This document shows positions 12,207-23,966 of a DNA stretch of 64,000 nt, piece after piece. The stretch lies in assembly GCA_018398765.1 (NCBI GenBank), contig JAHBMJ010000190.1:1-64000 (forward strand), in the 5' to 3' direction. The stretch is from Chromera velia (lineage: Eukaryota). A model generated the notes under the pieces. That model worked only from the letters and a program-made list of their open reading frames with translations, searched no databases and had not been told where the DNA came from. Position numbers and translations under genes: made by a program. How positions within the stretch are numbered: position 1 is the stretch's first letter; the number at the start of each line of letters is the position of its first letter.

Positions 12207-12839
12207 TGCCGTGGCCCCCGGCCATGGTATCTGTTAAGGCCCTTAGCCGCACCTATGGAAAAAAAAAAGTCGAATTACCAATAAATCGAGTTACATTTAC
12301 CTTTCAGGACCCGCGCTTTCCGGCAACTGTACAACACGTGCATGGCGAACATGCACCTTTTATCTAACCTTGATATATCGATATATATGCAAAAACACAC
12401 ATGGAGGGGAATTGTACGTAGATTCGATCATCTGTGTAGTTTTCAAGAAAGGCGATAAAACATACCGTCTAAGTGAAGCTGTTCTGAATTGCTCCGTTGT
12501 TTGACTATGTTACCAAACTCAGTAGCAAGTTAAGACATGCCGCCTTACAAAGTCAGGAATAAGCCGTACCACGACTGAGTGCGCTTGACAAAGAGGAAAA
12601 ACGGTTAATTTGATCTGTAGGAACCTTTTTTTGCCCGTCTTCTTTCTCTCTACTTGGCCCTTCTTATCGTTCTTCAGCACTTGGTTTCTCAACTTCCTTC
12701 TACCTCCACTTGAGGATTTGGGATACAAAATACTGTTTATATATAGTGTGTGTCGCTGTGGATGCTGTAGTATTCGCTTTGAAATGTTATGGAGAGGCTC
12801 ACCGCATATAGGTCCAGCGCTTGGTGAGTTCAAGAGGGA

Positions 12840-14300
12840 GAGATGTGAACAGAAGCCGTTTGGGCCTATGGATAAAGCTAGGTAAGCAAGTGTGTAAACA
12901 CTGTCAGAAGCCGTTTGGGTGTGTGGGTAAATGTTTGGGCGTGCAGGTGTATGGAGAAAGAGGGGTATAAAAAGGAAGTATGTGCAGTAACAGAATCCGC
13001 TTAGGCCTGCAGGTGGATGAATGAAGAGAGACAGAGAGAGCGAACATGTTTATGAGTATATATGAGTTTGTGAACAGAAGCCGTTTGGGCGTGCGGGCGA
13101 GACAAAGAGAACGAGTGTATGAAGAGAAGCCGCTTGAGCCTGTGGATAAATGAAGAGAGATCAATTGTGTCTCATTGAAAAAAAGCTGCTTAGGCCGCTG
13201 GTTAGGCTTGTAGATGAATGAAAAGAGATCAAGTGTGTGAACAGAAATATACTGAAGCCGCTTGGGCCTATGGATGAGTGAAGAGAGACAAGGAGAACAA
13301 GTGTGTGAACAGAAGCCGTTTGGGCATGTGGGTGAATGAAGGGAGACACGGAGATACAAGGAGAGTGAGTGTGTGAACAGAAGCCGCTTGGGCGTGTGGG
13401 TGAATGAAGGGAGACAAGGAGATACAAGGAGAGCGAGTGTATGAACAGAAGCTGCTTAGGCATGTGAGTGAATGAAGGGAGACAAGGAGATATAAGGAGA
13501 GCGAGTGTGTGAATAGAAGCCGGTTGCGCAATGGACGTGCGGGCGAAGAAAGAGAGACAAAGAGAGTAAATGTGTGAACAAAAGCTAGGAACAGGAGCTG
13601 TTTGGGCCCGTGGATGAATGAAGAGAGATCAATTGTATGTTATTAAACAAAAGCCGTTCGGGCCTATGGCTAGGCCTGTGGATGAATGAAGAGATATCAA
13701 GTGCGTGAATAGAAGCCGCTTGGGCCTGCTGATAAATTAAGAGAGACAAGGAGAGTGAGTATGTGAACAGAAGCCGTTTGGGTATGTGGGTGAATGAAGA
13801 GAGACGAGGAGATACAAGGAGAGCGAGTGTGTAAACAGAAGCTGCTTAGGCCTCATGCAGTGAATTAATAAAGAATAATGAAGAGAAACATGGAGAGTGA
13901 GTATGTAAACAGAAGCCGTTTAGGGCGTCACGACGGTGTAGGTGCATGAACACAGACAGAGAAAGTGAGTGTGTGAACCGGTGTGAACAAGCTAGGTGAA
14001 CAGGAGCTGGTTGGGCGTGTGGGTGAATGAAGAGGGACAAGGACTTGCATAAGCATGTCAACAGAAGATATTTGCATGGGCATGTGGATACCTGAATAAA
14101 TAGAGACAGCCTGTCATTAAGAGAGAATGAGACTCAGTATGTAAACAGAACTTCAAGCCGCTAGGGCCTGTGGGTAAATAGAAATAAACGAAGAGAGGCA
14201 GAGAGAGCGAGTGTGTGAACAAAAGCCGTTCGGGCATGTGGATGTGAGAGTGTTGATAGAAGCCGTTAACTTTGGGTATATGGATGAGTGATCAAAGAGA
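12840..14300. repeat. Degenerate minisatellite, ~60-70-bp unit (core gtgtgaacagaagccgtttgggc...gaatgaagagagacaaggagag)
   Basis: About 20 diverged recurrences of the core motif, lying between the two 840-bp direct repeats. Confidence 0.85.
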
Positions 14301-14342
14301 GACAGGGAAAATGAGGGAGTAAGTGAGTGAGCAAGTAAGACA

Positions 14343-15180
14343 GTGAGTGAGTGAATTAGTGAAGAAAGCAAGAATGACTCAATGAGTCAGTGACTAAGTG
14401 TGTTAGTGAGTGAGTAAGTGAGCACAATCAACTACAGCAACTAATACCGCAAGCGTAGCAATCATGTAGTTTGGGACTTGTATAACGTTATGTTCAAACA
14501 TTTTGTAGACTAGCTCACAGTCTCAGTCACAGCTAGATGATTTAAAAGAGCAAGTTGATAATAGAAGGCATATATAATGTTTGGCTACTATATATGCTAC
14601 TATGCTACTACTAGAATGGCTAAAATATAAATGAAAATAAATAAAAAAAAATTACAGTATGTGTGTCTGTATATAAAAGACCTATATATTGACTCCGTAA
14701 ATAAAAAATAAAAATGTAAGTAAATTTAAGCGGGGAGCACTCTGATTTTTTTTTTTAATAAGCAAAAATAAGTTGTTAAAGATTTATCAGTAATGTATTG
14801 CTATGGTTACAATTTTATTTTTTCTTTTACATTTATTCACGTTAATACCATGTGTTAGCGAAGTCCTTGTACGCCATTAATTTTCTTATTAGCAAACGTA
14901 TCTAATAGCAGAGCTCTTCTTATTTCTTCTTCTCAACCGTCTTGAAGCTAGGTCTTGAAGCCCGTCCAGCCGTCTCCAACCATCTATGGCATTTACAGAT
15001 ACCGCGGCTACGCCTTTGCGCAGCCAACAACCGTGATTGAGGGTTTTGTCATGCACCATATATTAATATGGGAAGGGGAACCTGTTGCATGCATGTACTA
15101 CGATTATGGGCGCACCTCTCAGTGCTCTCACCCTATCTCACCCCTGGGGGCCACGGCATGTCCTGTAGGGACATTACAAT
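14343..15180. repeat. ~840-bp direct repeat, copy 2
   Basis: Aligns with 11370-12206. Confidence 0.9.
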
Positions 15181-18100
15181 CAACATTATATGAAATATCG
15201 ATATAATAGTCGACCCAACACAAGTCGCCGTTGGACCCTCAAGCAGCTCGCACGCAGTTGACGTGTGTTGCATTGTGTTGCGCATTGTTGCACAGACTTG
15301 ACGGACCAGCTAGATCATCGCAGATCTTCACAGATGGTCACTGAGTTCAACAGTTGATCTCTCAGATGTCTGGCTAACTCAGAAGGGCTAGAGATGCACT
15401 GTTGATCATCTGGAGTGACCCATAGAGTCTGCTTCATTTGCTGAATTGTGATCTCCCCTTGTTGTCGCAAAACAAGTGCCGGTGCTTCAACGAAGACGGG
15501 CAGAGAGAGAGAATGTCATATCACTTTGTCGACCTGCTGTGTGAGTGAGAGCTGCACAGTGTGGGGGTGGTCCTGATTGGTCCGGTCCCGCTCGACGATC
15601 TTCTTGAGTTTGTCGCCAGTAGAGAAAATTCCGCCCACCTTCCGCTGCTTCACTTCCTGTTTCCAAAGCCTATTGAGTGAAGCTTGTGACACTGAACACC
15701 TTCACAAACGCCCGCAAAATGCTCCGAGAAAGAGAAAGAGAAAGAGCGTAAGGCGGCAATTCGGTGGACCTGATGATGTCTGNNNNNNNNNNNNNNNNNN
15801 NNNNNNNNNNNNNNNNNNNNNNNNNNNNNNNNNNNNNNNNNNNNNNNNNNNNNNNNNNNNNNNNNNNNNNNNNNNNNNNNNNNNNNNNNNNNNNNNNNNN
15901 NNNNNNNNNNNNNNNNNNNNNNNNNNNNNNNNNNNNNNNNNNNNNNNNNNNNNNNNNNNNNNNNNNNNNNNNNNNNNNNNNNNNNNNNNNNNNNNNNNNN
16001 NNNNNNNNNNNNNNNNNNNNNNNNNNNNNNNNNNNNNNNNNNNNNNNNNNNNNNNNNNNNNNNNGAGTTTTGTGGGGGGTGGGAGATTGTGCCGGTGCAT
16101 TGGTTCCTGTTCTTTGGATGATTTCCGTTGCCTCTGTGCTTGCTCCTTATGCATCCGACCCTCTGAGAGAGCTCAGAGGAAAAAAAAAAAGATTTCCTTC
16201 CGTCTCGTCGTTTTGATCTATCCTGACATCAGCGCATCATGCAGGGCACACAAGCAGATGAGCGTGAGTGCGAGTCCTGGTGTCCGTGTGTGTCCCTGAC
16301 GGTTTGTGCAGGTGAAAGCGTTCTTGATTGACTACTTGAAGGAGAGACAGGACCTGGCAGGCAGGCAGGATCAGATCACAACTGGGAGTCCGGGCATCGA
16401 ATAAACAGGCAAGCAAACAAACAAAAAAGGAATTAAGGGCATCGAATAAATAGGCAAGCAAACAAACAAAAAAGGAATTAAGGGCATCGAATAAACAGGC
16501 AAGCAAACAAACAAAAAAGGAGTTAAGGAAGATTCACAGTGTGTGTTTGAGTCGAAGTCCTATCATCATATGTTTGTGTGTTTGCTTGCGTTTTCAACTA
16601 CCTACCTACCTCTTTAGTTAATTTCGCTGCCTTCCTGCGCTCACTTGAGCAAAGGACATTTTGTTCTTTTTGGCCCTGAGTCTGTTGGTGTACGTCCATT
16701 CAGGCGACCCTCCTCAACACGCAATGATGCATGTGGCTGCCACCTGCATGATGAATACGTATGAACAGAAACAGCCCATCGAATTCGTTACGGTGCGGCG
16801 TCAAGCTGGCCGGCTGCAATCTTAAATTCCAGGGAAGCAATTTGGACTCCCCGTCTCTGGCTCTGCCCTTCTGTGTTGCTTTCCTTTGGATCCTCTCCCT
16901 ACTTGTTGTCGTTTGGGACGCCGCCTCGGAATTCTCGAGGGAGGGAGGGAGGGAGGGAGGGCGTTTGTTGTTCTTCTCTCTGCATGCGGGCAGCTTCCTT
17001 CTGTTGAAGAATCGTTTGTTGAACTCTTTCTTCATGTCTGCGCACCTCTCTCCGTGTGTGTGCAAGTGGATGTGCACAGCTCGTTGGAACGTCTCGGAGA
17101 CGCTGGAATTCTCTCCGAACTCCTTGATGGTCATTCTTTTATTTTCATACAGAATTCTTTTTCTTTTTTTGTATGAATTCTGTATGAAAGTAAACGGAGA
17201 CGCTGGAATTCTCTCCGAACTCCTTGATGGTCATTCTTGAAGGCCTCCGAATTCCCTGCCTGCCTTCTTTTTTCTTTTTCCTTGACTCTCTCCTTCCTTC
17301 TGTTCTTTTGTTCTCTCTCTTTCTTGCTTTATCTTCCTTCCTTCCTTCCTTCCTTCCTTCTTCCCCTCCCTTCCCTCCTTCCTTCCTTGCTTGTTTTCTT
17401 CCGTTCTTTGCTTCGTGTTGTTCGTGCCCTTGCGCTCCTGGTCACTCATTCCCCTTGACTGACTGACTGACTGACTGACTGACTGACTGACTGACTGACT
17501 GAGTGTGCGTGCGTGCGTGCAGCGATTCGGACACAGCTAGAAGACTCCCGGCAGATCGAAAGGACCCCCCGGTGTTGAACAGAGGGGGGGGGCAGGATGA
17601 GGGGNNNNNNNNNNNNNNNNNNNNNNNNNNNNNNNNNNNNNNNNNNNNNNNNNNNNNNNNNNNNNNNNNNGGGGGGGGGGGGGGGGGAGGGGGACGAAGA
17701 ATACCCTCCAGACTTTGAGGGTGAAGAAGAGGGGGCACCGGGGGTCATCTCTAAAAGCAGCAGGGCCTCCGTCTCTGTCCCAGCCCGCCGAGAGGTTCCT
17801 CCACGGGTATTTCGTTGGTCTCCTGGATCCCTCTGGGTGACGGCTCTAGGCTGTCGAGTGCAGTGGTTCTGCCGTGGGATTTCAGTGTAGAGTTGAAGGG
17901 CGGGCGGGGGTTTACGGACTTTGTGGGTCATGAGGATAGACTCCAAGGCTCGTTGCTGGTCGTTCACTTATTTTTCCACTCCCAGAGGCTCAGGTCTCGG
18001 GGGGTGCCGGTGACAGACGACCCACGATTCGATGAGCATCTGGGGTTCCTCCACACACCCATGAGCAGCAACCAGGTGGCCAGTCTGTTGATGGACCTCC

Positions 18101-20096
18101 ACCTGCCCTTGCACCTCGTGGTGACAAAAGAAGATCCGTGTGATGGTGAGCCGGGTGCGGGGGGAGGTTTCAGAGTGTCTTCAGGGGAAGAGAGGCCCCG
18201 GAAGGCTTCAGAGTTTGCACCCGGAAATTGTGTCCGTGCCGTGTCCGTCTGGCCCAGGGGGAAGGAGCAGCACGTACGTCTCGACCGTGCTTGCATCACA
18301 GGAGGTGACTGACTGGAAGAGGGTGCTCGTAGGAGGAGGGGGGGGGCAAAGAACCGCACGGACCTTGTGATTAACTTGAAGGGCGTGGGTGAGAGGGACA
18401 GACTGACGGTGGGCGTTTTGGGCCTCCGCTTGAGCCTTCTGCCCCGACAGGTGAGTGAGAAGGGAAACAGGAGACAGATGGCATGAAAGGACTTTATGCA
18501 CCTTTACGAAAATAAATTCTGTATGAAAATAAATGCACGCTTGAGCCTTCTGCCCCGACAGGTGAGTGAGAAGGGAAACAGGAGACCACAGGTGATTGCA
18601 GTGAATGTCGGGTGAACGTGAGTATGTTACTTCTCTGGATGTCTCTCTCTAATTGAAGTTCTCTCTAGTTGTTTTGTGTCGTCTAAACTTTCTCTCTGTC
18701 TGGGTATGACGGGGGGAGCAAAAAAGACTGAGAAAGACAGAAAGTGGGCAGAAAGAAAGAAGGAAAGAGAAGCAGGGGTTGCTCCAAGCTTGACGGTTAA
18801 TTGTTGTGAAGAGAATGCAAGAAGCAGAAGCTAGGAAGAAGTGTGAGGGGAGGAGAAGGGGGCAGATGGGAGAAGTGTTGTGTGAAAGAAAGTGAGTTGA
18901 TTGACCTCGCGCGTATACTATGCTCATCGTGATGGGATCTCTCGTATACGCCGAAAGCGCGCACTATGCAATCGATTGACATGTTGAACGCTTCAATCAT
19001 CTGTTCCGACTGAGTTGTATGATGGGAGGAGACGATGAGGACTGATTGAAAGACACGGTGTAGTAAAAGCGAGCACCCGTTGCGGCCACATTTGCTCGTG
19101 TGTGGTCGTTGTACTCTGATCTGTCTTTCTGCAGCAGTCTGGGCATGCAGGGTGTCAGAAAAGAAGATGCAGAGTGCAAGTGAGGAAAGATTGAGTTGAA
19201 GAAGAGTTGAAAGAGATGTATCGCATGCAGACATGGAGTTGAGAGGTGATTGTGTTGTGTGTGTGGTCGAGCACATCACAGAGGAGTGCATGGGTGTGTG
19301 GATGGTTTGCGTTGTCTGCCATGCGAGAGCAATTGAGAGTCACTGAGTCAGTGTAAAGCGTGTTCGCTCAATGTTTGCGTTCTGAGCAAACACGGACTTC
19401 TGAATCATCCTTGTCAGATTGGGCTTTGAGAAGAGGTCCGACGGGCAGGTGTGAGGAAGTGTGAGGAGGTGTGAAAGCAATGTGACAAGCGCATTTCATT
19501 GACGTCCAAGTCCGTGTGATTGAGTTGATCGAGGTGTGTTGCATTGTGATAAAGGCGTGGAGCCGAGCGTGGACGTCGGCTTTGGCCGGCGGGCCCCGGG
19601 CAGGTGTGAGCCTTGCGCTTGAGCGCGCCGCGAAGAGGCGTGGCGGCGGCAGGCTTGGTGGGACGCGCGCGCACAGCAATTGGTCTGAATTGTGTGTCGC
19701 GTCCGTTTGGTATCATCAGACTGACATTCAATAGCAGCACACTGACAGACTGGTCTGTTTGACAGACCTCCTTCCCTAAGAATCTAATAAAGCTCCGTGT
19801 CATGCTAGAGCCTTGTAGCAGGCTTACAGCATATCAATTTTTAAATTATTGAAGTATCTTATACTATTAATTCCAGGACTCGGAGATTCTAGGCTAAACC
19901 ACAATTAAGTGAGTAAGTAGAAAAATATGCCACTGCATACTTCTATGTATTTATATCTATTAATACTGGCCAATAAAATTTAATGTATTGACATCTAGAC
20001 TGATATACTTAGAACAATTCCTGGAATAATTATCAGTTTCGATATATAAAAACTTTAATCATCATCTCTCTAATTAATCATCTCTCTCTTTCCGAG

Positions 20097-20179
<83 letters not shown>

Positions 20180-20198
20180 ATATATATATATATATATA

Positions 20199-20635
20199 TC
20201 ATCATCATCATCATACGTCATCGCCATTGGCCTATAAATAGGCATCTAGCGTTCGGCGGCAACGCGTGAGGCAGTTCGGTTCTTTATAGCAGCAGTTCAC
20301 TTTGATTTATACTTATAATTCAAACTAGGATACTTCTTTTCAAACTCTTCTACTTCCGGATCAGCATGCTTATGCATGAATGATGCTGATTCATGAGACG
20401 TAGTCTGCCACCTATGCGAAGCTACTTCATAGCGCCAGCCCCGTCTTTGCCTGTACTTTGCTAAGATTTGCTTTACACGGCACCCCAGCACCAGGCTTCC
20501 CTTTTTGGAGACCCTCCCCTGCTTTGTGATTTCTTTTTTGACACAGGGAGGCTTCGCTGGCTGCTTTCCATGGATTCTGCTCATATAGATGCGAAGGCCT
20601 CTCTCAGAAAGAAACGACCTCTTGCACCCCTCTGC
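20199..20635 (-). mobile_element. 5'-truncated 3' end of a non-LTR retrotransposon (RTE-like?) with a (TGA)n tail, inserted in (TA)n
   Basis: Minus frame AEGCKRSFLSERGLRI[Y]MSRIH is a truncated C2H2 finger; stop at 20297; short 3' UTR ending in (TGA)n; (TA)n on both flanks. A second copy of the 3' ~75 bp lies at 56763-56835. Confidence 0.6.
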
Positions 20636-21639
20636 TATATATATATATATATATATATATAATAGAGCATCACTAACATGCTATATTAATTCTAAACTCT
20701 TGATTTCTAATTGATTTGATATGATTTGAGCTCAGATAAAAATAATGAATTGACACTTAATTAATATATTGTAGCTGAAATTAACTTAAATAAATTCTTT
20801 TTTTTAAATCTATGTACGTGCATAGGTGTGTTTTATGATACTGAATCATTCGAAACATACTGGTGTTTATCCTACGTGCTGGCGGACTTTGCTTTGCAAT
20901 CTGAAAGTGGAGTGCCCTTGTTTTATGCCCGCAACGCAACCGCCCCCACTCTTTCCCCAGACACTCACCCAGCCCGCATATACAGCATCATTCATTCTAC
21001 CATAATGAGCTCGAACAATGGCCATCACCACCCAAAGCATGCAGCAGCGAAATCGAGGCGATGACCTTTATGAGCCTGCTATCATCAAGCAGCAACTCGG
21101 GAACAACATGTATTCGATTCAGAGAATGCGCACCCAACGGTCCACCCTCGCACATATTCGTTGTCTCGCCGTGCTTCTGCTGACACACACGAAGAACCTC
21201 CTGCCCCCTCTGTCAATCCTCAATCTCCCTCTGATTCTGCTTAACCCCCTTCCACCCCCCCCTTTCGCCCACACAAACTGTGCCCCTCAGTACTTCATTA
21301 TCATCACACAGAGGTGGCCAACCCCTCTGTACTTTTTGATCACGAGCCACTGCCGCTTGCTGCACCTTAAGACGTCTGACTTCTCCTTTGCACAGATGAA
21401 TTCGATAGGGGGACGGGTGTCAGTTGACGAGCTACTTGCAGCCGCTCCCGAATCGCTCTGCACGGCCCCCTCCATCATCTTTGCCTGCATATACATGCGA
21501 TCAAGTTTTGTCATATGTATAGTGTTGCTCCACTCTTTTTCTCTTCCTCAATCGGTGGACCACAAAACATTTAACAGACAGAGACAACCAAGTCGAGCGA
21601 AATAAGAGGGCAGAAAATAAAGATAGGCAAAGAACATTC

Positions 21640-21736
21640 CATCCATCTGCGCTGTCCTACTGACTGAGCTAGAGCAGAGAAAAGCACAATCTGACGACTG
21701 AGAGCAGAGAAAAGCACAAAGGAAGGAAGCAACAAA

Positions 21737-21770
<34 letters not shown>

Positions 21771-21794
21771 AAAGAAGGAAGGAAGGAAGGAAGG

Positions 21795-21827
<33 letters not shown>

Positions 21828-22762
21828 AAAAAAAAGAAAGAAAGAAAGAAAGAAAGAAAGAAAAGAAAGGAAGGAAGGAAGCAAGGAAGGAAGGAAGAAA
21901 AAGAGAAAGAAAGAAGTCTCCTTTAAGCATCTTTCCTATCTGCGCTATTCTGCGCTGTGCTTCTGCTGACTGAGAGCAGAGAAAAGCACAAAGGAAGAAT
22001 GAAAGAAAGAAAGAAAGAAAGAAAGAACTCGAAAGAAAGAAAGAAAACAAACAAGCACGAAAGAAAAGAAGGCGGGAAGCAAGGAAGGAAAAAAGAAAGA
22101 AACAAAGAAAAGAAAGAAAGAAAGAAAAAAAGCGAGAAAGATGTTTCCTTTCAGCACCTTTCCTATCTGCGATGTGCTTCTGCTGACTGAGAGCAGAGAA
22201 AAACACAAAGAACTTTCAAAGAAAGAAAGAAAAGAAGAAAGAAAGAAAGTCCTCGAAAGAAAGAAAGAAACAAAAGAATCAAGCAGCACAGAAATAAAGG
22301 AAGGAAGGAAGGAAAGAAGGAAGGAAGGAAGGAAGGAAGAAACAAAGAAAAGAAAGAAAGAAAGATAAAAAAAGTTTCCTTTCAGCATCTTTCCTATCTG
22401 CGCTGTGCTTCTGCTGACCGAGAGCAGAAGAAAGCACAAAAGCAAAATAAGGGTTTCCTTTCAGCATGTTTCCTATCGGCGCTGTGCTTCTGCTGACTAA
22501 GAGCAGAGAAAAGCACAAAAAGAAAGTCTCCTTTCAGCATCTTTTCTATCTGCGCTGTGCTTCTACTGACTAAGGGCAGAGAAAAGCACAAAAAAAGAAA
22601 GAAAGAAAGAAAGAAAGAAAGAAAAGAAAAGAAAGAAAAAAAAAGAAAGAAAAGAAAAAAAAGAAAAGAAAGAAAGAAAAGAAAAAGAAAGAAAGAAAGA
22701 AAGAAAGAAAAGGAAGGAAGGAAGGAAGGAAGGAAGAAAGAAAGAAAGAATGAATGAAAGAG

Positions 22763-22793
<31 letters not shown>

Positions 22794-23225
22794 AAAAAAG
22801 AAAAGAAAGCAATTAAGCAAGACAGAAATGAAGGAAGGAAAGAAAGAAGGAAGGAAGGAAGGAAGCAAGAAACAAAGAAAAGAAAGAAAAAGAGAAAGAA
22901 AGAAAGAAAAAAAGAAAGAAAGAAAGAAAGAAAAGAAAGCAATTAAGCAAGACAGAAATGAAAGAAGGAAAGAAGGAAGGAAGGAAGAAACAAAGAAAAG
23001 AAAAAAAGAGAGAAAGAAAGAAAGAAGTTTCCTTTCAGCATGTTTCCTATCTACGTTGTGCTCCTGCTGACTGAGAGTAGAGAAAAAGCATAAAGGAAGG
23101 AAAAAAAAAAGAAAGAAAGAAGGAAAGAAAGAACAAACGAAAGGAAGAAAAAACAACAGAAAAAAGAAACTAACGAACAAACGAAAAAAAGAAAGAAAGA
23201 AAGAAAGAAAAAAAGAAAGAAAATG
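21640..23225. repeat. Composite array: conserved ~60-bp unit interspersed with (AAAG/AAGG)n tracts
   Basis: Unit cctttcagcatctttcctatctgcgctgtgcttctgctgactgagagcagagaaaagcacaaa at ~21645, 21921, 22147, 22377, 22457, 22530 and 23031. Confidence 0.85.
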
Positions 23226-23313
23226 GACTGACCTTCTGGCCACAAGTGCACGTGACTGGAGAGAGGGAAAGGTACACACGACCACTGGTCCCCTGCCTGG
23301 ACTTGTAAGAAAT

Positions 23314-23358
23314 GTGCTACTGCAGTTTCATCTCCATGAAGGAGAGCTCGTCAGGCAC
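23314..23358 (-). ncRNA. Minimal type I hammerhead ribozyme (Penelope-associated)
   Basis: Minus strand reads GTGC-CTGACGA-G(C)TCTCC-ttcat-GGAGA-T-GAAA-CTGCAG-TA-GCAC: full core, stem I GTGC/GCAC, stem II TCTCC/GGAGA, palindromic stem III ACTGCAGT, GUA cleavage triplet. Confidence 0.85.
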
Positions 23359-23495
23359 TTGAGTTTATTAACCTGATTGAGACTGTAAGAACAATCAGTT
23401 ACAAGCTTACCCCAACGTGATTGACCATGTCAATCAGATGCTTGAAAGTAGAAAATAAGGACAACCATGACTGTCATTGACTAAGTAAAAATATT

Positions 23496-23722
23496 TGTAT
23501 TGCAAGATTTAATGCAAATTAAATAAATTGATTTAATTACTTCGCAAATTAAATTAATTATTTCAATTATACTATGAGGCGTGGCCCGCGGCTTGCCCCA
23601 GAAAAAATTTGTATTGCAAGATTCAGTGCAAATTAAATAAATTGATTTAATTGCGTACGCAAATTAAATCAATTAATTCAATTATGCTATGAGGCGCGGC
23701 CCGCGGCTTGGCCCAGAAAAAA
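23496..23722. repeat. Two tandem copies of a ~113-bp unit in the PLE 3' region
   Basis: tgtattgcaagatt...gaggcgyggcccgcggcttgscccagaaaaaa occurs twice. Confidence 0.85.
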
Positions 23723-23966
23723 TAAAAAACGCGGCGCGCGCGGCTGCCGGCACCGCTTAATAAATTATAAATTGAGAAGGAGGCCGCCTAAAAATAATTT
23801 AGGCTATAACGTTTATTTCTTTTTGCAGCAGTATCGCAAGAAAAAATAAAAGAAAGAAGCCTCCAACTCATTTCATCTAAACAGATGAATGTTTGAACGA
23901 TCATTGATAAACTTAAACAAAGCATACGTGCATTTGAATCAGTTCAATTAAATGGGAGACAACCGA

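Noticed and set aside
16066..19800. Possible gene in GC-rich blocks around the N gaps
   Set aside because: No consistent exon chain or recognisable domain could be built.
21640..23225. Repeat-spacer array as a CRISPR, and F/L/S- or K/E/R-rich ORFs
   Set aside because: The spacers are simple (AAAG)n tracts, there are no cas genes and the context is eukaryotic. The ORFs are microsatellite translations.
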